Position numbers and translations under genes: made by a program. 64,000 nucleotides of DNA from Utricularia gibba (lineage: Eukaryota > Plantae > Magnoliophyta), in NCBI GenBank assembly GCA_002189035.1, contig NEEC01000011.1:1612001-1676000 (forward strand). The letters run 5' to 3'. This document shows positions 1-14,095 of the stretch, piece after piece. Under the pieces are notes generated by a model. That model was not told the DNA's origin and ran no database searches. It was given only the letters and a program-made list of their open reading frames with translations. Position 1 is the first letter of the stretch. The number at the start of each line of letters is the position of its first letter.

Positions 1-1240
1 AAGTGAAATTACATCGAATACAACTGTCATGATTTGTAAACGATTTTGTAAAGGTGTGAGAAATGTAAATGATGAAGCTTGAGTAACAAGTAAGAGGGTT
101 ATAAACAAACAACAAAAATAAACATAAACGATGAATTTTAAATAAAGCAAATGTTCCAAGGTTTGGAATCTTGCCCAATTACGTTCATTGTGTCTCCACT
201 CTTTTCCGATTTTCTCGTGTACTTGGTAATATGTGTAATGAATTGTCTACTATCCCTTACACTCTCTTGCAAGAAGGCACATGAATAGCCCGATGTTGCT
301 TCTTCTTGGACAAATGTGAAGATAAGAGGTCCTACCAACATACCTTCACGGTCTAATTGCGCGCGTGAGCTTGAGTGTTGCCAATGACCCAATGAAACCA
401 GATACGAGGTCACTATCTGTCCATTGATCCGGAGGTACGGCCACAGTCAAAACGTTTCTATCTCTTGCCAAAATGACATGAGTTGATACTCTCCACCTTA
501 CTCCTCTCCAAAACTCACGGGTAGTGATCAGTTAATCATGAATCTTGAATAAGAAGATAGTTACAGAAATACTATAACATAGTCGCACGAAGACATACAG
601 AACCCGTTTGGATTCAAAGAAGAGATGAAGATAAACTAATAAAACATAGATTTGGAAGTATACTAACCCAAAAATGGAAGTTTCTTGCCATAAACTTCCA
701 TATAAACTAAAAAAATAAAGCAGATTCTAGAGAAAAGTTGAAGGAAAATCCTCTAAAGAGATAAACAAAAGTCTAAATTAAACTGGAAGTTCAATCCTTC
801 TTGTCTGAACAGAAGTGAACTTCAATGAGAGTCTGAGTTTTCGTGTCCCCTTGGTTCTGTTGTGAATTGGAGTAACTTGCACGAAAGTTCTGCCCTAATA
901 TTGGTATGCTAATGATTTCGCATGTCAGGGACGCCTGTGTTCTGCACATCAGGGCTCATGATTAGGCGTTTACAGTCTTTTGGAAATCAAGGAGACATCC
1001 GTTCAGGAAGATACATTTTGTTGCCATCCATCGCCTTCTATCTCTCACTTTCTGTCACATTACGCCTTTAGAAAATTTAAATAAAACTAGCAAAAATATT
1101 AGATAGAATACAAGATTTTAGATAATTATCCTAAATTAGATAAAAACCTCAATATTATATTATAGATTCCTAATTAGACAACTTTAATCACGCCTGGACA
1201 TAAAAACAAATTAAAAGAAAGTGAGAAAATGACACTGAAC
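1..1240 (-). mobile_element. Athila-like Gypsy LTR fragment (runs off the window start)
   Basis: Reverse complement aligns by eye with 50780-51870 (e.g. gaggtcactatctgtccattgatccggaggtacggccacag versus ctgtggccgtacctcaagatcaatggacaagtagtgacctc); that copy is followed by an Athila-type PBS. No coding capacity. Confidence 0.6.
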
Positions 1241-1243
1241 AAT

Positions 1244-2070
1244 CAAGCATTTCCAAACATATTTGAATTCTTTGTCAATTTTGAGCCCAATAAGTTCTGA
1301 TCTGCTTGTTAATGGGCTACTCCTGGTGTCGTTCCTGGATTCTTTGATATGTTTGTTCTTGTACTTGTTGTAAGGATTTTCAGACCAAGTTACAAAAAGG
1401 TTGTCTCATCAATCTTTTTTTTTTTTTAATGATCATCTGATGCAAGCTTTCCCCTTGCAGGATGAGTTTGTGGTAGGGAAGAAGTGTAGGCTGAAAATGA
1501 CAAGAACAATAATAAGAGAATCAAGAAATCACACCTTTGTTAATACAATATTTTAAAGATATTTCTAACTATTCAAATAGATTAATTATATCAAAATTCA
1601 AGTAGTTCATTATAAAAATAAAGACCTCCTTTTATAGTGTAATAAAAACTGGATAAAATACAATCAATTTCGTAATTTTAGAAAACTTGATCAAATACTC
1701 CATTACCTAGTCTTACATAGGACTAGTAATTCGGTTGTAACAACCTAAAACTAAGCCAAGTCTTAGAGTAATGAATTTCCTCTTAATTTTCTTTTCCAAT
1801 AATTAAATCATTGTAATTAATTATTACATCAAGAAATTGGGCGAGGGATAATTTGGAGTTGTTCACAAGGCGACTTTCAGTAAAAAGATTTCATCCAAGG
1901 TATAAGTTTGAGAAAGCATCTCATATTCACAGACTTACAATTAAGTAACACAGACTCTGAGCTTGTTCTTTGATAGACTGTGGAATATAGAATCTGATGG
2001 TCACTCAGATTACGTGATGGTTCCTACTTTTCCACTATACTACAAAGACTTGGGATCCCTTAAACGTCGT
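1244..2070 (+). pseudogene. STN7: Partial STN7 duplicate: promoter piece fused to the end of exon 1, intron 1, interrupted exon 2 and intron 2
   Basis: 1244-1317 matches 20025-20100; 1313-1483 matches 20777-20950; 1831-2065 matches 20944-21172. Internal deletion of about 680 bp joined at tgggc microhomology; exon 2 is split by an insertion. Confidence 0.9.
1484..1830. mobile_element. 347-bp insertion in the STN7 pseudo-exon 2, probably a solo LTR
   Basis: Absent from the intact STN7 exon 2; flanked by 5-bp direct repeat aagaa (1479-1483, 1831-1835); near-terminal tgtag...ttaca. Confidence 0.55.
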
Positions 2071-2988
2071 CGTATCTAGCCACATCATCCGCCCCTTGAT
2101 AACTGTTTCTCTCTTTAATTTAACCTGCAACAATGTGCCACATGTATGGAATCATATGTTGTGTGGAAACGGTAATGTGGAAGCCAGGAAACATATGCCT
2201 CCAAGAACCCTTATTCCTCGATCTGTGACGCTACCACCTTTCATTTCGTGAGCTCAGTAAAATCCTGTGCTTGCGCTCATAATCCCAAAGTTGCATGTAT
2301 GAAGTAATCAACACCCTCGGTGCACCATTTGTGAGATGTCACCAACGATTAATATCTCTAACTCATTCCCTCTATTTAGGCTTTTGCAATACAATATGTG
2401 CTAGTTGGATGTTTGCATTATATAAGTATTTAATGCTATGTATCCTTGTCAAAAATATTTCTCCTTTAAAGTACTTCAGAAAACATGCATGTGTTTAGAA
2501 TGAATTCGAATACTACCAAGGAGAACTTGATTATGCAGTCAAACTTATCTGGGAATTCCATTATGCATGGAAAAATTGGGTTAAAATGCTTCTATCCTCT
2601 GCTCGGACCAGGTGCTGCTCATTGATATATGGGTTGTACTTGTGCCGATCAAATGGTGGGCTACGGCAACGTAGCTCGTGGGCAGGGCCGACCCAGTTGG
2701 CGGGTTGGGCCGTAGACTATGGGCTTGGTAAATGGATCTCATGCCCCGAGACACGCAAGATGGGCTGTTGGTTACCCAGAGGAGTCCATCTCGTAGGCCA
2801 GACGATGCAAGATTGGCTGGTCAAACCAACCTGGAACATAATTCATAATGAAAATTAATTGTATTCCCTGGATATCTATCTATGGTTTTGGTTCCCAGGG
2901 CACATGGCTCGTACAATCTTTGCGTCATGGCTAACAGCAGCTCAGGGACAATAAACACAGCTCAAAATAAATAAACGTAAAATAACAA

Positions 2989-3683
2989 TGTTGGTGGTGC
3001 CGAAAATCAGTGTCGTAAAACAGAGAAGGAAAAGGAAAAAAAAAGAAAACAAGAAACACCCGACAACAAGGATCAAAATCAATGAACAACACCCATCTCG
3101 GAGTAAACTGGAAAAATTGGTTTACAAAACCTAAATCAGTCCCATCACCTAAATTAGACCATAAGTAACCAGAGCGGCTAAATCAGCCTACCGATAATAA
3201 ATCAATCTAGAATGACTAGTAAATCTGTTATGTTACGAAAGGCGACAGAAGAGAGATTGTGTCAGGCACTTGCCATTCAAATACAGTTTGAAAGGTAACC
3301 AAGTTACAAAAATTCAAAGCAGTAGTAAGTTATTTGTTGATGGATTCCACCAACAACATAAAGCAAATCCTATCATCCGTGTAAAGTAGCTGACCTTATC
3401 AACATCGATTTGCCAGAGCTTCTCTATGAATAAGATTCATAAAACGCCAGTTCGTGAGAAATTCATGCTCCATTCATTATAATTCTTGTAACTCTTTTTT
3501 TTTTTTTTTCTAGTGAAGCTATTCTCTCATATGAGCTATCTTAGATCCGTGGTTTTCTGTAATGATTGTTTTCACATGAAAAATCTTAGTCTCCTTTACA
3601 CCAGTCACATTAACCCGAAAACTAAATATAAGTCAAGCTTGAAGTCGGCCACTCACTTCACTGACGGATTTCTACCCACAACA
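2989..3683. mobile_element. Solo-LTR-like insertion downstream of LBD copy 1
   Basis: Absent from the equivalent site in copies 2 and 3 (aacaatgcatggctcgtagtc); ends tgttggtgg...ccacaaca (TG...CA, short inverted termini); TSD only approximate. Confidence 0.4.
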
Positions 3684-4098
3684 AATGAATGACGCGTAGT
3701 CAATCACACTTGAGTTATGTGACAAAAATGGACAAACTTACTTAATCCTTGATTTTTTATATTAAACTTTTGGAATGATGTAGTGATAGAGATGGGGCAG
3801 TGCGCTAATGCCTATCTTCGGCTTTAGTGATGATAGGCAAATGTTGGGATGTAGTTAATTTCTTAAGGGCTCAGGAATGTAATAAAAATATATATCTGTA
3901 GTACGGAATTTAGGGTTGCTGCTTGGCATCGGAATAGATCAAGAGCTCTATAGACACACTTTCAGAAGGATCTCACAAGAAGGATAATGAAGATGCGATT
4001 AATTATTGGGAATACTGATAGATCGGAAGACATGACATGATGAGGATAAAACACTGCGGCAAATTGGAGTGGTTTGGAAGACCAATTGGGGAGTTTAA

Positions 4099-4638
4099 TC
4101 AGGTGGGAGAACTGCTCGGCGAACTCAGGGATGAAGACGCGTCACCTTTCACGCGCCGGCGCTGAACTTTGTTTCCACTGCTGGGTGAAGAAGTGTATCT
4201 TCTGATTTCACTGCCGACGATGGGTAGCACCGGGAACTGCCACTCAGACATGCCATCCTCGGTTACCCGTTTCAGCAGTGGAGTGCCGTCGAGAACCGCT
4301 TGTACGGCATCCTCGCAGCGGTGGCCTTCTCCGGAGGCGTACAGCCCGACGGATCCATCCACTGGGTTGATCACCCGCCCGCAGGCTTCCGACAGCAGTG
4401 AGCGACAAACTTCTGCAATGTAATATTAACATTTTTTTCTAAACAATGAAATCATGAAAACCCTATCATGAAAACACATACCCGGACGATATTCTGCAGG
4501 GGCTTTGCTGAGGAGTTTGACGAGGCCAGTTCGACCGTAAAATTTTGCAAGAAATCGGGTGGCGTTCGCCTGCGCTTCCCTGAGGACGCAACTCTCAGCG
4601 CAGGCTTTGCGAAGAGCCCGGCAGCCATTGCAACTCAT
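4099..4638 (-). CDS. Class II LBD transcription factor (LBD40/41/42-like), copy 1; exons 4638-4482 and 4412-4099; 156 aa with a 9-aa in-frame deletion in the LOB domain
   Basis: MSCNGCRALRKAC-x3-C C-motif, QANATRFLAKFYGRTG; GT-AG intron restores the frame into [22 protein letters not shown]; DALQSIESP of copy 3 is missing. Confidence 0.85.
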
Positions 4639-5127
4639 CTCGTAGTATTGCAGAGATGGAGGACACTGAGGCTTTGGGAAGGCAGCAGACCAGCAATTTA
4701 TAAACCAAATTGTTGGCACACAGACAATGCGGGAATATATGTGCCCAATCAACATTTCCTATTTCTTATCGTGTCTTTAAATATTTATTTTAACCAATGA
4801 GAGCTCATCAATTTACAAAAAAAAAATAAAAAATTCAATTAGAACGACCCCATTGAAGTAATTGGTTTCCCCATTTGGAGATACTATTTTATTTCTTTAA
4901 TAAACGTGTGATACAATATATATGTGATTCATATTTCATGTGGATTTTTTTAGAATTCTTTTTTTGTCTATTCTATATATATTTACTAAAAAAATATCAT
5001 TAGGTAAAATGTACTGTTCATTTACCCATGTATGGCTGGCCATTGGTTGGTGGACTAGCTTTGGGTATAAAATCTCAAAAACTAATAAAGAAAATATACA
5101 AGACTCATATATATTGTCTACAAAATT

Positions 5128-5822
5128 AGGGTTACAACTACCCACTACACCAGAGGGTGTTTAGAAAACTACCCACTATGTATTGTATGTATTATCAAAT
5201 TTAGAAAATTACTCATCCTTTAATGAGCATGTATATATTGTATTATAAATATTATAATTTATATTTTTTCATATGCAATAATTTTTTTGAGTAAAATGGT
5301 TTTGTTAATTTTCTATATATTTTTTTCAGAAATTATTTTTGTTTTGTGAAATCTATATTATTAATATTAAAATTATTAAATAAAGATGATTAATTAAAAA
5401 AATGGGTTGGTTTTTATTATTGAAAATTAATAATATTTTTACTTGTTTAAAATATGCTTTTAGAAAGATTTTTTGTTGATTTGTTAGGATGATTAATATT
5501 TTCTTGTAAACAATAATCTGTTTTAACTAATGATTTAATGATATAAAAATTGATTATTCAAATCAATACCTAAAAAATATTTTCGTATCGTGTAACAAAA
5601 TACAATAATCCTTCTTTAATAATTTCAATATGTGAAAAAATATTCAACAAAAACCATTTTACTGAAAATCATTATTACATATAACGAAAATACGAATTAT
5701 AATATTCATAATAAAATATATACATATAAATCAAAAAGATAATTAATTTTCTAAATTTGAAAATCCACATGGGTATTTTTATAAACCCCAATTACTGCTT
5801 TCCGTAATTTTCAAAATAACTC
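5128..5822. mobile_element. AT-rich non-autonomous TIR element in the LBD copy 1 promoter
   Basis: Absent from copies 2 and 3; degenerate inverted ends (gtttagaaaactaccc...tcaaatttagaaaatta versus the reverse complement of 5745-5800); flanks acaaaatt / acaaattt. Confidence 0.45.
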
Positions 5823-5866
5823 ACAAATTTGTTCTTACACGTTCCATTAACCGCACAGCCTTTTTT

Positions 5867-7009
5867 GGCCAATTTGTTAAAATGCTTGTGTCAGATTAAA
5901 AAATTTGTGAAAATACCTATGGTTTTTTTATCCTTACGTAAATACCTGTAGTTTTATATTTTTTTTGTCAAAATGCCTGTGTTTTTATTATTTTTTAAAA
6001 ATGTTATTATTAAAAATATATGTAGTTTTTTAAATTGAAAACAAATTTTAACCACTTTCACTTTCTTTTTATATTTACTCAATAAAAATTTAGAAATTTG
6101 ACTAAATATTGTAATTACACATTATATATATATATTTTTGTTTAGTGATAAAATACGTTTGAAAAAATATTCGAATTTGTACTAATTTCGAGTTATATAT
6201 TTATTTTTGTAACATTTGAAAATTTATGATATATTAGATTAGTTGTTTACTAAATTTGATAATATTTTGATTTATTAAGAGTTTTTATATATGAATACTT
6301 TTCGATATATTAACTTTTATTTTTTCAAAATACAATAGTTTAAAAACCATACTTTTTTGTTTTGTTGTTTCTAGGTAATTAAAAATGTAATCAGATTTAC
6401 ATTAATAAATTTTTAATATTCATCTAAATTTTAGATTTTTTTATTTCTTTAATCATTATTTTTTCTTTATTAACAAAATTCATCCATTTAAATATTCTTT
6501 TAGACAAATAATTCAGCCCTTTTATTAAAATAAAAGTTTTTATAAAATTATCTATTAATATTTTGTTATTATGAAAAGAATTATATTGTTTTCATCTTTT
6601 TTAACATAAATTCATTGTTATACTTTAATTTTTATTGAAATTAAAAAATAAATTTAAAAGATCAACAATTTACTTTGTATATTAATTCATGAACATTTAA
6701 CTATTACTCTATTAATTTTTTATATTACAATTTTTATTTTCTATTTTTTAGTTATTATTTTTTTGTCATTAAGGGTAATCCATCAAAATAATTTTTTGAT
6801 TAATAATAACTTTGAAATAAACTAACGTGTCTTAATGTATGATTGTATACATTTCAATAAAAATTAAAATGGGTATTAAAACATTAATTTCGAAATGACA
6901 GGCATTTTTAAAAGAAAAAATTGAATCACAGGTATTATGATGAAATCAAAAAAACAACAGTTATTTTGAAAAGAAAATTTTATGATACAATCATTTAATT
7001 AAATTACTG
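5867..7009. mobile_element. Non-autonomous Mutator-like element, about 1.14 kb
   Basis: About 115-bp imperfect TIRs sharing aaatg-ttgt-tca, aatacctgt and aaaatgcctgt; 9-bp direct repeat gcctttttt at 5858-5866 and 7010-7018; absent from copies 2 and 3. Confidence 0.7.
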
Positions 7010-7029
7010 GCCTTTTTTTGACGTCTGAC

Positions 7030-7220
7030 AGCATTCACCAGTCATTCTATCGTGATGAGTGAAGCAACCAATTGGCTGGTCACGTGGCGGAGGCCCTGCA
7101 CATGTCTGACTGCCGCAGTGGCGTGCAGGGCGCAGCCAATCCATCTTGCCACGTGGGGGAAGCCCGATCACACAAATCGGACAGCAAGTGTACAAGTGTT
7201 CACCGAGTGACGTAATTCCA
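7030..7220. promoter_or_regulatory. Conserved G-box/CCAAT/TGACG module upstream of LBD copy 1
   Basis: GC-rich island with two CACGTG, CCAAT motifs and TGACGT; homologous to 10820-11012 and 18806-18975. Confidence 0.55.
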
Positions 7221-9825
7221 TGATTTTTGAATTATTTGGGAGGTTTAATTTGAAAAACTGGGCAAATGTTTCCTAGTGGATGGTGAATATGTGGAACAAC
7301 TTGGTGGTTAATTAGATTACCCCCGACCGCTGCAACCTGGCAAATACGATTAGATTGTATTTGACCGGCATATTTAAATATATTTAAAAATATTTGAATA
7401 CAAGTATATATTTGAAATAATAATGGGGGGCGGGGGCTTACACTATTTATAAGTAATTATAAATAGTTAATTTGTTAAATAGGCGTTTTTTCAATTTATA
7501 AGTAGTAAATTATTAGGAGATTTCTTTGTTGTTGTGTTTTGGCAATGAACGGCACCAAACTTGTTACCGTGAATTAATGAAATAAAAATCACAAAGGGTG
7601 TGTTTCTTTAGTTATATTTGTGGGAATTTTCTTAATTGATAAATTAAATAATGTATTTGGTACAGAGATGAGAACTAATGGATATTGTTTATTTGATATT
7701 GAAATGTAAAAGAAGGTTGAATTTGACAATCATAACTCTCAATTGGAATTACTAGTTCAATAATTTTACTAACATTTTCACTTTCAACTTTTATTGAATA
7801 ATTCCATATTTAATTTTTTATTTCTCATTATCCATTCATATATTTTTCATCTACTTGCTTATTGATATCAAGAGATTCTTCGTTCTCCATCCTTCAAGTT
7901 GCCAGAGAATTGGATTTTAGTAGAATATATCAATTTTAAAAAACAAATAATACAACATAAAACTTTATAGCAATGGAGGTGCTTTATATTACTCTTTTTC
8001 ATAATTAACTTTTTAATAAGAAATGGGGGGTTGGTGTGGTATTGATTAAAGGAAGGCTTGTGGAAAAGATGTGAACCCTAGGCCAAATGGGACATCATTT
8101 ATTCGAATTTTAAAATGTATGGTATGATGGATATGTATTTTTTTAATTGTAATAATGTATTTAATTATAATATGAAAATAAATATTTTTTTCCTATTTTC
8201 ATAACCAACTTTAAGTCATGTAAAACACTCTCATTCTACAAGAATCGCAACTAGGTTTAGGGTTTAGATGAACACCATAGAAATTGATTTATGATGATGA
8301 TGAGATGGAAAAGAATTCAGGATTAAATTCAACTACAAAAATCGCATCTACAATATTATATAATAAAGAAAAAGAATGGAAGATGAAATCGACCTCTTCG
8401 ATCGACAATTAGTATGGGATTTTTTTTTTGGAATAAAAGGTAGCAATTGGAAGGTCATTCGATCGTTTTGTAAAAAAGGATGATAAATTAATTTTTTTTC
8501 ACCTATAAATACATTAATCCCATTCCACTGATTTAAATATACCCATCACTTTTCAATTTAATTTATCATTTAATTACATATAAACGTACTTCAAAAAAAT
8601 TACTTAATTTTTGAATCTCATATAACTGGTGGTTGAGGCTGGGTAACCACCCTCTGCTTCTTTGTTTTGGAAAAGGGTCGGGATCTTCAAACCTTCCCTG
8701 TTACTGGTTGAAGGGAGCAATATATACAGATGATGAGTAAGAGCAATTTGGCATAAATGAAAAATAAATGGAAAATTAGGCATTCCAGTAGCTATACTGG
8801 ACCGGCCACACCAAAGGATGGGTTTGGCCGTTGATAGGCCGGATCAGGCAGCAGAAAATTAGGCCGGGCGGGAGAAACCCTGTGACCATGATATGGGCTA
8901 AGGCATTGTTGCGAGGTGTGAGACGCGGGGTGCGTGAGCTAAAGATTCATTGATTTTAAGAATCCAATTTTTAAACTGCGTTAAGAATATGTTATTTTAA
9001 CAATAAAAAAATAAGATTAATTTATCAAATATAAAAATTAACTTATAAATCTCTTACCGAATAGTGCAATGTAGCTTCTTACGCCTCATAGATAGATGGG
9101 TTTGTACGTGCGCGGACGCATTTGGCGAGTTGGGCCATGAACTATGGGCTAGGTATCCATCTTGTTCAATGGATCTCCTGCCCCGAGACACGCGAGATGG
9201 GCTGTTCTAACGAAGCTGGGGATTAGGGTAAACTATATTCCAGCATTGCGTGCTGATTATATTTTCATAATAAAAATGAATTATCTTCCCTGCATATATG
9301 CCCATGGTTTGGTTCCCAGGGCACATGGTTCGTACAATGTTTTCGTCATGGCTGACAACACTTCAGGGACAATAAATAAACGTAAAATAACAATGCATGG
9401 CTCGTAGTCACTCACAGTTGAGTTATGTGACGAAAATGGACAAACTTAAGTTCACTTTAATCCTTGATTTTTTATAGTAAAGTTTTGGAATGATTATAGT
9501 GAAAGAGATATGACAGTGCGCTGATGCCTATTTTCGGCCTTTAGTGATGATAGGCTTAAATGATGGGATGGAATTAAATTTCAAATGGATCAGGAATAGA
9601 ATAAAAATATATATCTGTAGTACGGAATTTAGGGTTGCTGCTTGGAATCGGAATAGATCAAGAGCCCTTTAGCCACCCTTTCAGAAGGATCTCACAGGAA
9701 GGATAATGAAAATGCGATAAATTATTGGGAATATTGACTGACCGGAACACATCAAGACATGACTAGATGAGGTTAAAACACGGCGGCAACTTCGAGTGGT
9801 TTGCAACACCAATTGGGGAGTTTAA

Positions 9826-10390
9826 TCAGGTCGGAGAACTGCTCTGCGGACTTATGGATGAAGACGCGTCACCTTTCACGCGCCGCCGCAGAGTTTTGTT
9901 TCGACTTCTGAATGAAGAATTGTGTCTTCTGATTTCACTGCCGACGAGGGGTACCACCGGGAACTGCCACTCGGACTTGCCATCCTCGGTTACCCGCTTC
10001 AGCAGTGGAGTGCCGTCGAGAACCGCTTGTACGGCATCCTCGCAGTGGCGGCCTTCCCCGGAGGCGTACAGCCCGACAGATCCATCCACTGGGTTGATCA
10101 CCCGCCCGCAGGCTTCCGATAGCAGCGAGCGACAAACTTCTGAACCGTAATATTAGCATTTTTCCTAAACAACGAAATCCTAAAAACCCTGTCATGAAAA
10201 CACATACCTGAACGTGATTCGGCAGGGGCTTGTCTGAGCAGGTTGAGGAGGCCAGTTCGACCGTAGAATTTCGCAAGAAACTGGGTGGCGTTCGCCTGAG
10301 CTTGCGGGATTCTATCGACTGAAGTGCGTCCCTGAGGACGCACCTATCATCGCAGGCTTTGCGGAGAACCCGGCAGCCATTGCAACTCAT
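9826..10390 (-). pseudogene. Class II LBD copy 2; exons 10390-10208 and 10139-9826; 1-bp deletion frameshift in exon 1 (possibly an assembly error)
   Basis: Exon 1 is 183 bp versus 184 bp in copy 3; adding one C to the C3 run (gaa tcc c[c]g caa gct cag) restores ESPQAQANA; splice sites and exon 2 are intact. Confidence 0.8.
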
Positions 10391-10819
10391 CTTTCAGTAT
10401 TGGAGAGATCGAGGACAGTGACGCTTTGGGAAGGCAGCAGAGAATTTATAAACCAAATTGGTGGCACACAGTGCAGAAATAAATGAATGTCCAATCAACG
10501 CTGCGTTTTTATTATCGTGTATTTAAAAATTATTTTAACCCATCAATTTTTGTAAAAAAAAAAATCATTAAAACAATCCCATTGAAGTAACTGGTTTCCT
10601 GATTGGGAGTAAATGAGATACAAATTATTTTTATTTAATAAACATGATTTTAAAAAGATTTATAAAAATTATTCTTTCATGTAAAGTTTTTAAATTAATT
10701 AAAATTTAATTCTTTTTTATTTATTCTAAATATATTAATAAAAAAGATAAAAATAATAAAGAAAATATAAAATACTCATAAATTTGATCAGTCTACAAAA
10801 TTTGACCCTTATTCGTACA

Positions 10820-11012
10820 AGTTCCATTAACCAGCACAGCCTTTTGGGCATTCACCAGTCGGCTGGTCACGTGGGCGAGGCGGTGCTGGCCTCCTTCATG
10901 TCTGACTGAAGGAGTGGTGTGCAGAGCGCAGCCAATCCATTTAGTCACGTGGGCGAAGCTGGATCTCACAAATCGGGCATCAAGTGTACGAGTGTTGAAC
11001 GAGTGACGTAGT
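10820..11012. promoter_or_regulatory. Conserved G-box/CCAAT/TGACG module upstream of LBD copy 2
   Basis: Two gtcacgtggg, gccaat and gtgacgtag; homologous to the copy 1 and copy 3 modules. Confidence 0.55.
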
Positions 11013-11361
11013 CCCATGAATTTTGAATTATTTGAGAGTTTTAATTTCAAAAACAAAGGAAGTGGTTCGTGGTGGATGGTGAATGTGTTGAGCAACTTGT
11101 TGGTCAATTAGATTATCCCAACCACTGCAACCTGTCTACACATCCCGGGAAATACCATTAGATTGTATTTGACTGGTATATTTAAATGTATTAAAGAATA
11201 TTTTAATAGAAAATATATATGAAATAACAATGGGGCGTTTTACACTATTTATAATGGCACCCAACTTGTTAACGTTAATTAATGAAACAAAAATCACAAG
11301 GGTATGTTTCTTGATTAATATTTGTAGGAATTTGATTAATTGATAAATATTACTAAATAGT

Positions 11362-12148
11362 GTTATGACTTGATCATAGCACTAATTTCTTGGTGAAGAT
11401 ATCATTTCTATCTTCTTTACTTTATGAATGATTTGAATGTAGCAAAACCATTGTTTTTGTATATACTGTTGGGTTATTTTCTAAGTTTTGTACAAAGGGA
11501 TTGACCCATTAATATTTGCATTATTTTATCCTAACATCCCAACTTTAAGGAATGAGTCATCAGAAATCAAATCAGTTTTTACAATTATACCCTATTGCAA
11601 TTTCTCTAGACCTAAGGAGTGAGCATCTGGTGAACAATTATGTTCGTTTGCTTGTGCAAATTGCAAAATCATGAATTCTATTCAAAAAGAAGAAAATTTT
11701 AGAGCAATTTTGAATTCATTGATCAAATTGTATCTCAAAAATTTATGAAGGGATTTTCAACAACATCATATTTAAGAGAGAGATCAATTTAGAAAAAAAA
11801 AAGAAGAGAAAAAAAAGAAGGAAAAAATAAGATGAGAAGAAGAGAGAGAAATGGCTAAAGAATTGGAGCAAATCCACAAAACTGGAAGATAATGAGTTTT
11901 TTGGAGTAAGAAAATCAAAAAACAAGCATACTAGAATTGTTCGATGGATGTTCACTCATTATTACTCAAAATATGGAGACTCCAGCCGAAATTCCCACCT
12001 GTCCCAAGCTCCTACCGCATTACAACATGAGAAAAAGTCCACATGATTGCGTAAGCTTGCTGAAATTAGTGGATCACTTGCGCAAGTTTACTGACTCGCC
12101 TATATTCAAGTATTGAGCGATCCACTTTTCATTTCACCGTCATATGAC
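11362..12148. mobile_element. LTR-like insertion in the copy 2 spacer
   Basis: Interrupts homology with 7620-7700; ends tgttatgac...gtcatatgaca; no clean TSD. Confidence 0.3.
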
Positions 12149-13129
12149 AACTAATGATATTGTTTATTTGAAAATTGAAATGTAAAGAAGATTGAATTTG
12201 GCAGTCATATCTCTCAATCGGAATTCTAGTTCAATAGTTTTACTAACATTTTTATTTTCAACTTTTATTGATAAATTTTAGATTTAATTTTTTATTTCTC
12301 ATTATACATTCCTACATTTTTCTTCTACTTGCTCATTGATATTGAGAGATTCTTCGTTCTCGATCATTCAAGTTGCCATACAGTTGGATTTTAGTAGACT
12401 ATATCAGTTTTAAAAAACCAAAATACAATATCAAATTTTATAGCAATGGAGGTGCTTTATATTACTCTTTTTCATAATTGAATTTTCAATAAGAAATCAC
12501 CTAAAAAGTGTTTGATATATCATTATATATATATTATCCGACTTTATAAAATTCACTATATTAAGCTTTCGTGAATACTATAAATGTAGTAACAAGCACA
12601 TTTGGATTATCTTTCTCCTTTGAAAGTTGTCTAATAATTTTCATGTAGTCGTGTTAATTAGAAGTGCAAGCACCTTAATTTATCTATAAATTAGACATTT
12701 TAAGAGTAGTTAAAATAGATTGACACATATCACAATTTTGATTGCAAATATCAAATACTACACTCATTTGCTTCTTGTGACTCACCCAAGTTAATAGTAA
12801 TGAAATATTGTTTTCTTCAAGTTTAATGTCTATGAACTCTTCTATGTTGAGATTATGAGTTGTGCTTGTATGGTGAGGTATATCACTTATACTTGTATGA
12901 TATGACATTCTTTGGAAAATTTTCCATCAAGTCAAAGAAGTTGTTTTTATAATATTAGAGAAATCAATAGCTTGATTAGCAAATGAGGCTGCTCTTTTCC
13001 TAAATTTTCTACAATCAACATATACCCAAAGAATCAAAGAAAGATTTAATATGTAAAATTACAAAAATATCAACAAAAGCAATTAGGAAAAAAAACCTTA
13101 AAATTGGTGTAATTATACAAAAAAACATT

Positions 13130-13416
13130 AAATTTTGTTATATTTATCATTTATTATGTTAATATTAATTTTTATATAGAATAAATGATTGAACTAAGGT
13201 GATACACTTCAAAATCATATGAATTTTGGCTTCAATCTGTTTCCCATTTTCGGGTCAAGCATCCCCAAACATATTCGAATTCTTTATTAGCTTTGAGTCC
13301 AATAAATTCTGATCTGTTTATTAATGGGCTTGCAAGTGGGCTTCTATTACAAGTCTACAGTCATTTTGGGCCAAGATGGTGGCCCCCATTTGCCAGCCCC
13401 ATTAAGATGCATATAT
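13130..13416 (+). repeat. Duplicate of the STN7 upstream region, left half
   Basis: Matches 19820-20190 with internal deletions (attatgttaatattaa, aattttggcttcaat, tttcgggtcaagcat, ccattaagatgcata). Confidence 0.8.
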
Positions 13417-13654
13417 GGGGCAAATTAATTGTCTTACTAACTATTGATAAGATAATTCAAAATCATATCCAACGTTATATTGTACTGTTCCACATCATTT
13501 CCACATCATCATTTCTTGTTTAATTTTTACACAATAATTCAATCACCATTGTATATTTATATTTTGTATAAAAATTCAAATAAATAATATATTATATTTA
13601 TTTATTTTTATATTATATTAAAATTAATCTATTCAATGTAATAATACATACGAG

Positions 13655-14095
13655 ACACTGACATATTCAGATTTTAACATTAAAATTCTAAAAAGTTAGT
13701 GTAACATTATTTAATTTATCTTTTTTCTAATTTAAAATTCAAAAACGAATCAATACTACACAAATGATACTAGCATGTTCAGATTTTAGCATTAAAATTC
13801 TTGAAAAAATGTGGTATAACACTAAATTAATTTGTTTTTTTCAATTCAAAATTAAAAAATAAAATAATAATATACATGTAATAATGACATGTTCAGATTT
13901 TAACATTAAAATTCTTAAAAAGTTATGTATAATATTAAATTAATTTATCTTTTTTCCAATTCAAAATTCAAAAACAAAGAAATAATACACATGTGATATT
14001 GACATATTCAAATTTTAATATTTAAATTCTGAAAAAGTTTGGTATAATATTAAATTCATTTATCTTTTTTTTCGATTCAAAATTCAAAAACGAAA
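13655..14095. repeat. Four tandem 112-115 bp subterminal repeats inside the MULE
   Basis: gacat(a/g)ttcagattttaacattaaaattct recurs at about 13660, 13772, 13886 and 14001. Confidence 0.8.

Noticed and set aside
4169-4800. Plus-strand ORFs over the LBD copies (also 9767-10150, 17882-18136)
   Set aside because: Antisense shadows of GC-rich LBD exons; recurrence reflects the duplication, not independent coding.
4640-4940. Hypoxia-responsive element (HRPE) expected for LBD41-like genes
   Set aside because: No AAACCA(G/C)(G/C)(G/C)GC match seen by eye in the proximal promoters.
13655-14095. CRISPR-like array
   Set aside because: Eukaryotic context, no unique spacers; these are MULE subterminal tandem repeats.
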